Shown here: piece after piece, positions 1 to 8,694 of the stretch
How the letters are laid out: each line of letters starts with the position of its first letter
Numbering within the stretch: the stretch's first letter is position 1
Source: Pirellula staleyi DSM 6068
GTDB taxonomy: Bacteria; Planctomycetota; Planctomycetia; Pirellulales; Pirellulaceae
NCBI GenBank assembly: GCA_000025185.1
Contig: CP001848.1
Location: 4,770,001 to 4,802,000 of the forward strand
Direction: 5' to 3'
Length of the DNA: 32,000 bases
The notes under the pieces: model-generated
What the model saw: only the letters and a program-made list of their open reading frames with translations
Told to the model about the DNA's origin: nothing
Database searches by the model: none
Translations under genes and position numbers: made by a program

Positions 1-628
1 CGGTTGTGGATGTAGTGCGCCGATCGCTGCCGGCCCCTGCTGCAATTCGTGTCAGCCCTGCTGCCGACCACTGCTGTCGATCGTACCCAACGCCATTCGT
101 GGGGTCGGACGCGTGCTCAGCTGCATTTTGCCCTGCAACAAATGCTGCCACGGTGGCTGTGGAATTGGGGGCTGCTCCAGTGGATGCTGCGATGCTGGCC
201 CTAGCTGTGGATGCTCGTCGGGTATGCCAACGATGATGCACAGCGATCCCTTCATGGACGATCCTGTTGCTCCGCCGATGCCACCCCGTGAAACCCGCGC
301 TGCTCCTTCACGCTACCCAAGCTACGTGTCGCCCAAAGTAGCGTCGCGCCCTGTCACCGCCCGCCCCACGACTCAGCAACGCACCACCACCATGAAGCCA
401 GCCGTGAGCAACGATAAAGTGGCTTCGCAGCCAACGTATTCGGGTGTCAGCCGCGCTGCCCACACCGACGAGAACGAGCGTTCGGTGCTGAAGACCGCTT
501 CTGCTGAAACGGAAGTTGCCGCTCCACGCAAAATCGTGGCTCCACCACTTTCGGCTCGTCGCATTTCGAGCAAGTCGGATGCCTCGCTCACGAACTTCGA
601 AGTTCCTGTGAATCCGCTTCGCAAGTAA
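1..628 (+). CDS. Cysteine-rich hypothetical protein, 5' end outside the window
   Basis: Frame 2 is open from base 2 to the TAA at 626-628; the ORF track lists it only from GTG-113. The first ~73 codons carry 17 Cys in CC/GC clusters (GCGCS..PCCNSCQPCC..CNKCCHGGCGIGGCSSGCCDAGPSCGC). The rest is P/S/T/A-rich low complexity. A strong terminator follows. No family recognised. Confidence 0.6.
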   Translation, partial: GCGCSAPIAAGPCCNSCQPCCRPLLSIVPNAIRGVGRVLSCILPCNKCCHGGCGIGGCSSGCCDAGPSCGCSSGMPTMMHSDPFMDDPVAPPMPPRETRAAPSRYPSYVSPKVASRPVTARPTTQQRTTTMKPAVSNDKVASQPTYSGVSRAAHTDENERSVLKTASAETEVAAPRKIVAPPLSARRISSKSDASLTNFEVPVNPLRK

Positions 629-672
629 CTCGAGAATAGCCACTAGCGTCTTGCGTTAGTTCGGCAAACGTC

Positions 673-725
673 AAAAAAAGAGCCGCGCGAAAGATTCAGT
701 CTCTCGCGCGGCTCTTCTCTTTTTC
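673..725. terminator. Bidirectional rho-independent terminator between convergent genes
   Basis: Perfect 13-bp stem (678-690 aagagccgcgcga / 704-716 tcgcgcggctctt) with a 13-nt loop. An A-run lies on the left and a T-rich run on the right. It sits between the stop codons at 626-628 (+) and 745-747 (-). Confidence 0.8.
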
Positions 726-744
726 TTGATGAACCAGCGTCTGC

Positions 745-1887
745 TTACGCATTCAGCGCTTGATCGAGATCGGCGATTAAGTCGTCCGCATCCTCGAGCC
801 CGACCGATAAGCGAATCAGTCCATCGGTGATTCCGTTAGCAGCCCGCGCTTCGGCGCTGTAGCTGGCGTGCGACATGCTGGCAGGCTGTTCGATCAGCGA
901 CTCCACAGCCCCCAGGCTCACCGCTAACTGGAACAACTGCGTGGCCTGACAAACGCGTTTAGTTTTTTCAAGATCGCCGCGTACTTCAAACGTGAGCATC
1001 GCGCCGAAACCGCCGGTCATCTGACGCGCGGCAATTTCGTGCCCCGGATGCCCCGGCAAGCCAGGGTACAGCACGCGAGAAATACGAGGATCAGCGAGCA
1101 ACCAATTCGCAATCTTCATAGCCGTACGCGACTGCTCGAGCACGCGTAGCTCGAGCGTTTTCAGCCCGCGGCTCGCGAGAAAACACTCGAGCGGCCCCAT
1201 GACGTTGCCAGTGGCGTTTTGCAAGAAGTAGAGCCGATCGAGGAGCGCCTTATCTTTCACCACCAGCACACCACCAAGCAAGTCGCTGTGACCGCCGATG
1301 TACTTTGTGGCCGAATGCATCACGATATCGGCCCCCAGTTCCAGCGGACGTGTCAGGACTGGCGTGGCAAATGTGCTATCGACCCCCACGAGTAATCCGC
1401 GCTCGTGGGCGAGTTTTGAAACGGCCTCGAGATCGGTGATCGACATCTGCGGATTGCCGGGCGACTCGAGCCACAGCATTTTGGTCTCGGGACGAATCGC
1501 GGCGGCGACAGCAGCCAGATCCGTGGTGTCGACGAGTGAAACTTTCACGTTGTAGCGATCGACCACGCGATGCAGCAGGCGATAGGTTCCGCCGTAAATA
1601 TCGCGCCCCGCCAGAATGTGATCGCCAGCGCTCAGCAGCATCACAGCGGTGTGAGTTGCTGCCATGCCCGAGGCGAAAGCGAGTCCTCCGATGCCCGACT
1701 CCAGCGAGGCAATCGTGGTCTCAAAACCTTTGCGAGTTGGATTGCCACTACGCGAGTAATCAAACTCGCCCCACACACCCGCGCCTGGTTGCACAAATGT
1801 TGACGCGAGATGAATCGGTGGAACCACGGCGCCGGTCGCTGCATCGCGATGCACTCCGACATGAATCGCGCGGGTACGAAATTTCAT
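745..1887 (-). CDS. Cys/Met-metabolism PLP-dependent enzyme, cystathionine beta-lyase/gamma-lyase-like
   Basis: Motifs YSRSGNPTR and the PLP-lysine motif HSATKYIGGHSD, with a C-terminal GLEDxxDLIADL signature of the transsulfuration family. The track start at 1902 is TTG; I prefer ATG at 1887 (MKFRTRAIHVG). Confidence 0.85.
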   Translation of the reverse strand: MKFRTRAIHVGVHRDAATGAVVPPIHLASTFVQPGAGVWGEFDYSRSGNPTRKGFETTIASLESGIGGLAFASGMAATHTAVMLLSAGDHILAGRDIYGGTYRLLHRVVDRYNVKVSLVDTTDLAAVAAAIRPETKMLWLESPGNPQMSITDLEAVSKLAHERGLLVGVDSTFATPVLTRPLELGADIVMHSATKYIGGHSDLLGGVLVVKDKALLDRLYFLQNATGNVMGPLECFLASRGLKTLELRVLEQSRTAMKIANWLLADPRISRVLYPGLPGHPGHEIAARQMTGGFGAMLTFEVRGDLEKTKRVCQATQLFQLAVSLGAVESLIEQPASMSHASYSAEARAANGITDGLIRLSVGLEDADDLIADLDQALNA

Positions 1888-1945
1888 AGCACTCTCACTC
1901 AATCTAGCCTCAAAATCGTCGACCGAAACACAGTCCCGCAGCTCG

Positions 1946-3151
1946 TTACGACTTCGGTCGAGCCTCTAGTGCTTGTGCAAGATCGGCAATCAGATCTTCA
2001 CTGTTCTCGATACCACAAGCCAGACGAATCATGTTGTCGTAAATCCCAAATCGCTTGCGATCTTCTGGCGGCACTTCAAAGTAGCTCATTACGAGCGGCT
2101 GTTCGATTAGCGACTCGGCCCCACCTAGACTCGGAGCAATCCGCGCGATCGTCGACGCATCGACAATGGCTGCCGTCTCCTTCCAGTCGGCATCCTTGAT
2201 CTCGAACGTAATCAGACCACCGAAACCGCGCATCTGCTTCCGCGCGATCTCGTAATAAGGATGCGTTTCGAGGCCAGGATAGTAGACCTTCGAAACACGC
2301 GGATGAGCCGCCAAGAACTTGGCCACGGCCAAACCGTTTTCGTTGTGCCTCTGCATGCGGAGTTCAAACGTCTTGAGGCCACGCTCGAGCAGGTACAAAT
2401 TGTGGGGCGAATTGATCGCACCCATGATACCGCGCAATTTGCGCACAGGATCGAGTTTTGCTTTGCACCCGGAGATCACGCCGGCGAGCAAGTCGTTGTG
2501 TCCACCGAGATATTTGGTGGCCGAGTGCAGCACGTAATCGACACCGTATTCAATCGGCCGAACATTCAGCGGTGTGGCAAGGGTTGCATCGATGAGAGTT
2601 TCAACACCATGCTGCTTACCAATCGCCGCGAACTTCTCCAGATCCACGACACTGAGATGCGGATTGGTAGGGGATTCGCTGACGAGCAGCTTTGTGTTTT
2701 TGTTTACCGCCGCGCTCATTGCGTCGTAGTCGCACGCCTTCACTTGACGCGTAACGACACCAAAACGCGAAAGTTGCTTGGTACAGAACTCGCGGCTGCG
2801 GTGATAACATTCGTCGAAGAAAACGACTTCGTCGCCAGCGCTCAATTTGGTCATCAGTAGACCGACGATGGCGGCCATGCCACTCGAATACACAATCGCA
2901 TCTTCTGCGCCATCGAGTGCGGCAAGTTTTCGCTCGACAACCCGCTCGTTGGGATTACCGTAGCGACCATATTCGCCGCGATCTTGCTTCTGCTGAATGA
3001 AATCGATCACCGCCTGGGTGTTGGTGAACGTGAAGGTCGACGCGCAAACGATTGCGTCGGTGATGGCGTGGCCAATTTTTTGACGATCTTCGCCCGCGTG
3101 AACGGCAAGAGTGCCGTCGCCAGGACGGGTACGATTTGGTTGCGAAGACAT
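1946..3151 (-). CDS. metB: Cystathionine gamma-synthase-like PLP enzyme (plant-type CGS resemblance)
   Basis: Motifs YGRYGNPN, HSATKYLGGHNDLLAGVISG (PLP lysine), YYPGLETHPYYEIARKQMRGFGG, APSLGGAESLIEQP and GIENSEDLIADL. By recollection, the pattern across the whole length resembles plant/bacterial cystathionine gamma-synthases. ATG at 3151. Confidence 0.8.
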   Translation of the reverse strand: MSSQPNRTRPGDGTLAVHAGEDRQKIGHAITDAIVCASTFTFTNTQAVIDFIQQKQDRGEYGRYGNPNERVVERKLAALDGAEDAIVYSSGMAAIVGLLMTKLSAGDEVVFFDECYHRSREFCTKQLSRFGVVTRQVKACDYDAMSAAVNKNTKLLVSESPTNPHLSVVDLEKFAAIGKQHGVETLIDATLATPLNVRPIEYGVDYVLHSATKYLGGHNDLLAGVISGCKAKLDPVRKLRGIMGAINSPHNLYLLERGLKTFELRMQRHNENGLAVAKFLAAHPRVSKVYYPGLETHPYYEIARKQMRGFGGLITFEIKDADWKETAAIVDASTIARIAPSLGGAESLIEQPLVMSYFEVPPEDRKRFGIYDNMIRLACGIENSEDLIADLAQALEARPKS

Positions 3152-3481
3152 GCTTAGCGAACTCCAGCAGTGGATCTGTGCAAACTTTCAAACTTGGTTT
3201 GCGGCGACAAGCGGTCGCAGATCCTTCACTGCCAGTGGTTCGTCTCTCAGGAGCCAAGTCGGGCTCGAAAAGAGAGTAACTCGGAGCCAAAAGGGGTCGA
3301 AACATCGACCCAAGCTGGCTTGGGGCATCGCTCTACGATCATCGCCTGAGGGGCAAAGTTCGCCGAGCAATCGTCGCTCAAGGTTCGAGCAGGGGGGAAC
3401 CCTTAGGTCGACGATGAAGTGGCTCTTTAGCAGTGGTAGGCTGCAAGCGGCCGCAAATCCCTAACGCAATTAATACTAGAT

Positions 3482-3520
3482 TGCCGCCCGATTCTTCACA
3501 AGTGGCAACTTCGGGCGGCA
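3482..3520 (-). terminator. Candidate intrinsic terminator after the DUF3500 gene
   Basis: 10-bp inverted repeat tgccgcccga (3482-3491) / tcgggcggca (3511-3520) with a 19-nt loop. It starts ~35 nt downstream of the stop at 3555. On the minus strand it is followed by the moderately U-rich tctagtattaatt. Confidence 0.45.
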
Positions 3521-3554
3521 GGTTCACGAAATTCGGGCAAAACCTTTTGAGGCA

Positions 3555-4616
3555 TTACTTTGCGGCGGATGCTTGGGAATCGATCGGCAGGGCAAAATCG
3601 CCCCGGACATCGCGCCACACACAGTGAATGTGATTGGCCGGATTACCAGCAGCGTCGGGCTGAATGTTGACAAACTCGATCTGGAAAGTAGGACCTTGCA
3701 CGAGGTAGTAGTGTCCTTCCCCGAGTTTCTGAGCTCCGGCCCAAGCGAAATAGATTTTGCCAAAGCCTGCTTCGTCGATCTCTTTCCAGCGACGAGCGGC
3801 GATGTCGTCGGAAACGGTATCGGTGTAGACCTTGATCAGCTTGCGGAGCAATTCTTGCTGCTCACCCGAGAGTTTTTCGGCGGCGATGCCAGCATCGGCC
3901 GTCACCATCGGCTGTGGCTTGCCAGCGTTGCGTACTTCCGAAGGACATTCTGGTGAAATCACAGCCACTTGCTTTTGTTCAGCCGACAGCGAGCCGAGTA
4001 GTTCGAAGGCCACTGCCTCTTCACCGGCCAGAATTTCATCTCCCTTTTTGAAGCCTTCGAGGTAATCTCCCATCAACTTCGCTGGATTGGCAGCGAGTGC
4101 GAGAGGGGACGACGAAATCACTTCCCCTTTGTCGATCACAAAGCTGAGGGACATGTGATGCCCCTCGATCGATAATCCCCAGCGGCCGTCGGCTGTCGGT
4201 TTCCCAAACAGCGTGAAGTAGTAACGTTCAGCATCGCGAAGCGGTGTGCCGGTTTTCTTCTTCTCGAGTTCCTTTAGCAGGTTTTCAGTCGCCATGATCC
4301 GAGTAGCTTTGGTGTAACCGATCTTGCTGAGTGCCGTGGCCAGCAACTTGTGAGCGGCTGCACGCTGAGCTTCATTCATCTCGCGAATCTGCAACCCTTT
4401 ACGCTCATTCTTGGGAATGAAGTGCCAGTCGACACGCGCTGGCGCATCGTAGTCCATGGCTGCTTTTTTCAGCTGACCTTCATCGAGCATCGCCAGAAAA
4501 GCCGCGCCACTGGCAGAAAGCTCTTCACCAGCACCAACGCGTCGCAGCGAACTCCAGGCGGTGGCACCCGCAAGCACAATGGCCAAGCATGTGATCAGCC
4601 GAATCGCATTGTTCAT
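3555..4616 (-). CDS. DUF3500-family secreted protein
   Basis: Signal peptide MNNAIRLITCLAIVLAGATAWS. Family-typical blocks are WHFIPKNERKGL, ERYYFTLFG, SIEGHHMSLSF, HYYLVQGPTFQIEF and NHIHCVWRDVRGDF. ATG at 4616 is preceded by aagga; the track start at 4631 is GTG. Confidence 0.8.
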   Translation of the reverse strand: MNNAIRLITCLAIVLAGATAWSSLRRVGAGEELSASGAAFLAMLDEGQLKKAAMDYDAPARVDWHFIPKNERKGLQIREMNEAQRAAAHKLLATALSKIGYTKATRIMATENLLKELEKKKTGTPLRDAERYYFTLFGKPTADGRWGLSIEGHHMSLSFVIDKGEVISSSPLALAANPAKLMGDYLEGFKKGDEILAGEEAVAFELLGSLSAEQKQVAVISPECPSEVRNAGKPQPMVTADAGIAAEKLSGEQQELLRKLIKVYTDTVSDDIAARRWKEIDEAGFGKIYFAWAGAQKLGEGHYYLVQGPTFQIEFVNIQPDAAGNPANHIHCVWRDVRGDFALPIDSQASAAK

Positions 4617-4788
4617 GACAAAATCCTTCACGCGGGAGAGTAGCGCGAGATTCGTTGTTCTGGAGGAAGGCGAAAGGGAAAGGACCTGGGGAGAATTTCG
4701 GCCTGATTACAGGGCCGAGGTGGGTTCCGAAGTATAGCCGACCCGCCGAGCATGTTCCACCAAGTTTCGGGAGATTTTGCCGACAAGA

Positions 4789-5550
4789 TTACTCCGGCAA
4801 ATGGGGCCCATGATCCTCTTTTTTCGGGTCCCGATCGTGATGCTGTTGATTCAAGTGCAAATGCAAATCGGGCCGCGTATCGACGAGCCACTCGATCTTG
4901 GCGTCGGAGAAGTTTCCACCATCCAGGTAGAGAGATTCCAGCTTCTCCAGTTTTGTAAATTTCTCGAGCGATGCATCGGTGATTGGCAAATCGATGAAGT
5001 GAATCCGTTTGAGCTTCGGAAACGTTGCGAGGAGGTCCATTGCCTCATCGTCGAGCAGGGGACTTGAGAGTCGCAGCTGAACCAGATTCGGGAGGGTCGC
5101 TAGTTTTTTGAGACCCGCTTGGGTGATGGTGGTTTGCGGAATATTGAGAATCACCAGCGACTTGATTTGCGAGATTTCATCAGCAGCTGCGTCGTCGATT
5201 AGTCCGCTGCGAATGCGGAGATGAATCAAGCTTGGAAGAGAGCGAAGCCCCTTTAATCCAGTCGCCGACAGACTGTTCTCTGCATGATCGAACTGCAGAA
5301 TCGCAATCTCGGGGGTCTTCAGCAGCGATTCGCAGGCGGCGTCGTCGACAGGCGTGCTTGTTAGTTGCACTTTGTCGCTCTTTCCCGAAACAACAGCCGC
5401 CAGTTGCTCAGCAAGTGTTGGCTCGGATGAAACCACAGCCGAGGAGCCCGGTAAATCGAGGTCAGCAGGCGTGTTGCTACAGCCTCCGCAGAGCAGATTA
5501 AGAGCGACCAGCATGCCGAGCTTCAACGGTGGGCAACATCGCAAAAACAT
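4789..5550 (-). CDS. Leucine-rich-repeat protein with lipoprotein-like signal peptide
   Basis: N-terminus MFLRCCPPLKLGMLVALNLLCGGCSN. The body has successive ~24-aa L-rich repeats (LPSLIHLRI, LKSLVILNI, LPNLVQLRL, FPKLKRIHF, LEKLESLYL). Confidence 0.7.
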   Translation of the reverse strand: MFLRCCPPLKLGMLVALNLLCGGCSNTPADLDLPGSSAVVSSEPTLAEQLAAVVSGKSDKVQLTSTPVDDAACESLLKTPEIAILQFDHAENSLSATGLKGLRSLPSLIHLRIRSGLIDDAAADEISQIKSLVILNIPQTTITQAGLKKLATLPNLVQLRLSSPLLDDEAMDLLATFPKLKRIHFIDLPITDASLEKFTKLEKLESLYLDGGNFSDAKIEWLVDTRPDLHLHLNQQHHDRDPKKEDHGPHLPE

Positions 5551-5582
5551 GAAAAACCAGTTCGCAATTTTTGGGTGAGTGG

Positions 5583-6569
5583 TTAGCCGAGCAATTTTAG
5601 TTCAACCGCCAGAGCCAGATCCGAGGTTCGCTCGATCGTAAACTCGCGCGAGGTGCCGCGGTAGTGAATCTCGACCACCGCTGGCAAATCTGCAGATTGC
5701 TTGGACGACTTAACAACAAGTTCAGCCGCTGCTCGATGCGCCCGCTCATCCAGCGATCGAACAAGTGCCATGGGCCCGACGAAGTTCCTGGGTGTAATCA
5801 AAACACAGTTTTGTGCGGCATCAGAATTGGCAAAGCGTGCGAGCCCTTCGTTTTCCACTTGCGAGCGGCCGAGAACGATCAGTTCGTGCGCCGGTGTCAC
5901 GAGTAGCTTCCCCGCCTCGAGCAATCGCAATTCATCAACCTCGATTGGCTGGGTCAACCGAAAGGCATGTAGCAGCCGCTCGACAAACACCTCGTCGTAA
6001 AGATTCGTCAGATGGCTTGGTCCGGGCATCGTAGTGAGGGCGAACCTTTCGGCCAGCGGCAACAGTTCTTTGCGAGTGCGACCACTGAGGCCGAGAAACT
6101 CCTCTCCTTGTATCCTTCTGTCGATCGCAGGGATCAGCGGCACTAGCAGTTTTGCCGAGAGGGGACGGAGCACTTGCCGCTCAAGTCTGGTATGACGATC
6201 GATGGTTTCAAAGGCAGCGATGGTCTGCGTTCCCTTGCGTTGTCCCGCAACTTCTCCCGTCACCAGTACGGCATCAGTTTCCAAATCGCTTAGCAACTTT
6301 TTCGCATTACGAAACATCGCCATACGAATGTCGAGCATGACGTTATCGTCGCCAAACCGGCGATGACGGAGGGAGTCGTAAAAAATGGCATCGGCGTCGA
6401 CAATCGAAAGGGGAACAGCGTGCCGCTGACAAAACGCGACAACTCGATCGGTGTGACGCGTGAAGAAACCAGCGAAATGGAGCGCCGTGAGTTCGATGCC
6501 AGCTTCTCGCGCCAGAAGCAGAGCGATTTGGCTATCGAGGCTGGCCGAAAGAAGAGCGATGCCACGCAT
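5583..6569 (-). CDS. PP-loop ATPase superfamily homolog (ThiI/MnmA-related) with degenerate motifs
   Basis: The N-terminus MRGIALLSASLDS aligns to the PP-loop SGGxDS. Downstream blocks VTGEVAGQR, LRPLSAKLL and LSGRTRKELLPLAERF match, by recollection, a ~330-aa PP-loop family. ATG at 6569 is preferred over the GTG at 6590. Confidence 0.5.
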   Translation of the reverse strand: MRGIALLSASLDSQIALLLAREAGIELTALHFAGFFTRHTDRVVAFCQRHAVPLSIVDADAIFYDSLRHRRFGDDNVMLDIRMAMFRNAKKLLSDLETDAVLVTGEVAGQRKGTQTIAAFETIDRHTRLERQVLRPLSAKLLVPLIPAIDRRIQGEEFLGLSGRTRKELLPLAERFALTTMPGPSHLTNLYDEVFVERLLHAFRLTQPIEVDELRLLEAGKLLVTPAHELIVLGRSQVENEGLARFANSDAAQNCVLITPRNFVGPMALVRSLDERAHRAAAELVVKSSKQSADLPAVVEIHYRGTSREFTIERTSDLALAVELKLLG

Positions 6570-6636
6570 CGGCGAAAAAGAAGCGGTCACGCAGCGTTTC
6601 CAAAGTGTTGTCCCGCCCGATCAGCCACCAGCAAAA

Positions 6637-7419
6637 TCAGTCGGATGGAAACGGGGCAGCTTCCCCTTTGATCTCGGCGAGGGCATTGTTCGCCGCTCGT
6701 TGCTCAGCTTCTTTTTTGTTCCGTCCCCAGGCTGCTTGATACTTTTTGCCACCCACCGAAGCGCTAATCTTAAAGCACTTGCTATGGTCGGGGCCTTTTT
6801 CGTCGAGCAAGTGATACGTGGGGGTATTGCCGCATTCGCGCTGAGCAAACTGCTGCAGTAGCGATTTGTAGTTGCCCCCCAGTTCGCCAGCTGCCGCGAG
6901 TTCGACCTCGGGACCGATATAGTTATTGATGAACTGCCGTGCTGCTTGTTCACCACCATCGAGATAGATCGCCGCGATGAGCGATTCGAAAACGTCGGCC
7001 AGCAGCGAAGGGGGAACGTTCGGGCTCGACGACATGCCTTTGCCAAGAATCAGGAACTCTTGCAAACCAAGCGCTTCACTCACCTTGGCACAGGTCTGGC
7101 GGCTGACGACCACCGACTTTACTTTAGTGAGATCCCCTTCGAGATAGTCGGGGAATTGGCGGTAGAGCATCTCGCAGACATAGACACCCAGGATCGCGTC
7201 GCCGAGAAACTCGAGACGCTCGTTGGAGGCGAGGCGATGTTCCGCACCACTGGCATGCGTTAAAGCACTTCGCAGCAGCGGTTTACTGTTGAAGACGTAG
7301 CCCAAACGACGCTCGCAACGGGCCAATCCCGACTCATCGACAGACGTTGCTGGCGCTTCGGGAGGAGCCGTAAGCTCAGCCGAAGTGGTGGCAGGGTCGT
7401 CGAGAAGTGGATCAGACAT
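6637..7419 (-). CDS. rnc: Ribonuclease III
   Basis: RNase III signature ERLEFLGDAILG. The C-terminal dsRBD reads PTYHLLDEKGPDHSKCFKISASVGGKKYQAAWGRNKKEAEQRAA. The track start at 7458 is GTG; ATG at 7419 (MSDPLLDD) is preferred. The exact start is uncertain. Confidence 0.9.
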   Translation of the reverse strand: MSDPLLDDPATTSAELTAPPEAPATSVDESGLARCERRLGYVFNSKPLLRSALTHASGAEHRLASNERLEFLGDAILGVYVCEMLYRQFPDYLEGDLTKVKSVVVSRQTCAKVSEALGLQEFLILGKGMSSSPNVPPSLLADVFESLIAAIYLDGGEQAARQFINNYIGPEVELAAAGELGGNYKSLLQQFAQRECGNTPTYHLLDEKGPDHSKCFKISASVGGKKYQAAWGRNKKEAEQRAANNALAEIKGEAAPFPSD

Positions 7420-7588
7420 GAGCCAGCGGTGGTTAGTGGTGCTTACAAGGTTCTTCACACAACCCTAAATTAGCAGGTGGGGTTTGTCAACGTAATCTCG
7501 CTGGTGGAAAGCACTTCAGCAAATGCGGCCACCCGCACTGCGTAGCGGTAATCCAGCGACCGAATCGACTTACGAAGAGAGATTTTTG

Positions 7589-8566
7589 ATGCGCATCGTG
7601 ATTTGTTACCCGGTCGAACAGCGACACTTAGACCAACTTCAGGCAGCCGCTCCGCACTGCGAGATATTCCTATCGTCGCAAGAAACGATTGCCCGCGACC
7701 TGTTTTTGGCCGACATCTTCTGCGGACATGCCAAAGTGCCGGTGCCATGGCCCGAAGTGGTGGCTCAAAACAAACTGCAGTGGATTCAGTCGTCGGCGGC
7801 TGGGCTCGACCATTGCCTCGTCCCCGAGGTGATTGCCTCGGAAATTGTGGTCACCAGCGCGTCGGGACTGTTTGCCGATCAAGTAGCCGAACAAGCACTC
7901 GCGCTCCTCCTGGGGCTACTCCGGTCGATGCCGGTTTTCTTTCGCGCTCAGCAGAAGAAAGAGTTCATCCGACGTCCTACTGGCGACCTCCACCACAAAA
8001 CGATCGGAATCGTGGGGCTCGGCGGAAACGGAACGCGGATGGCCGAAGTTTTGCGCCCCTGGAAAACGCGAATCATCGCCACCGATATGTTTGTGGACGA
8101 GAAGCCCGACTGCGTCGACGAACTTCGCCCCGCAGATCAACTCGACTGGCTCCTCGCTGAGTCCGACATCGTGATTTTGGCCATGCCACTCAATAGTCAA
8201 ACGCACGGCATGATCGGAAAGAAGGAATTTGCCACGATGAAAAAAGGGACCACGCTGATCAATGTTGCGCGCGGCCAGGTGGTGGTCGAATCGGAACTCG
8301 TAAGCGCGTTGGCTTCGGGGCATTTAGCTGGCGCAGGACTCGATGTGACCGAAGTCGAGCCTCTTCCCCTCGATAGCCCGCTCTGGGAGATGCCCCACGT
8401 GATGATCACCCCACATGTCGGCGCTCAAGCGAAACGGAGAGTTGACGACTCAACCAACCTGATTGCCGAAAACTTGCGACGTTATTTTGCAGGAGAAACA
8501 CTCATTAATCGTGTCGACAAAGTGCTTGGGTACCCAACACCTCGTGCACGCCATGGTCTTGAATAG
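7589..8566 (+). CDS. D-isomer-specific 2-hydroxyacid dehydrogenase family, NAD-binding
   Basis: Rossmann motif GIVGLGGNG. The catalytic triad context is NVARG, DVTEVEP and ITPHVG. ATG at 7589 (MRIVICYP) is preferred over the upstream ATG at 7523. Confidence 0.85.
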   Translation: MRIVICYPVEQRHLDQLQAAAPHCEIFLSSQETIARDLFLADIFCGHAKVPVPWPEVVAQNKLQWIQSSAAGLDHCLVPEVIASEIVVTSASGLFADQVAEQALALLLGLLRSMPVFFRAQQKKEFIRRPTGDLHHKTIGIVGLGGNGTRMAEVLRPWKTRIIATDMFVDEKPDCVDELRPADQLDWLLAESDIVILAMPLNSQTHGMIGKKEFATMKKGTTLINVARGQVVVESELVSALASGHLAGAGLDVTEVEPLPLDSPLWEMPHVMITPHVGAQAKRRVDDSTNLIAENLRRYFAGETLINRVDKVLGYPTPRARHGLE

Positions 8567-8592
8567 TATGAAGACCTTATAGCTCCATAAAA

Positions 8593-8630
8593 AAAGAACG
8601 GATAGAGTTTAAGAGCTCTATCCGTTCTTT
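8593..8630. terminator. Bidirectional rho-independent terminator between convergent genes
   Basis: Perfect 15-bp stem aaagaacggatagag (8593-8607) / ctctatccgttcttt (8616-8630) with an 8-nt loop. An A-run precedes it and a T-rich sequence follows. It lies between the stops at 8564-8566 (+) and 8695-8697 (-). Confidence 0.8.
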
Positions 8631-8694
8631 ATTGATAGTCCAACCAATACTCAGATCGTGGAGCCTATTAATGCACCACGATGAGAATATCAAC

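Noticed and set aside
6-236. Alternative frame at the 5' edge (76 aa) instead of the Cys-rich frame
   Set aside because: It is short and ends at 236. The Cys-rich frame, in contrast, stays open for 209 codons to a stop that is followed by a strong terminator.
7462-7490. Sigma-70-like promoter for rnc on the minus strand (TTGACA at 7490-7485, N17, TAGGGT at 7467-7462)
   Set aside because: The -35 is perfect, but the -10 matches only at the T-A-...-T positions. Planctomycete promoter consensus is not established. I used it only as weak support for the ATG 7419 start and do not report it as a feature.
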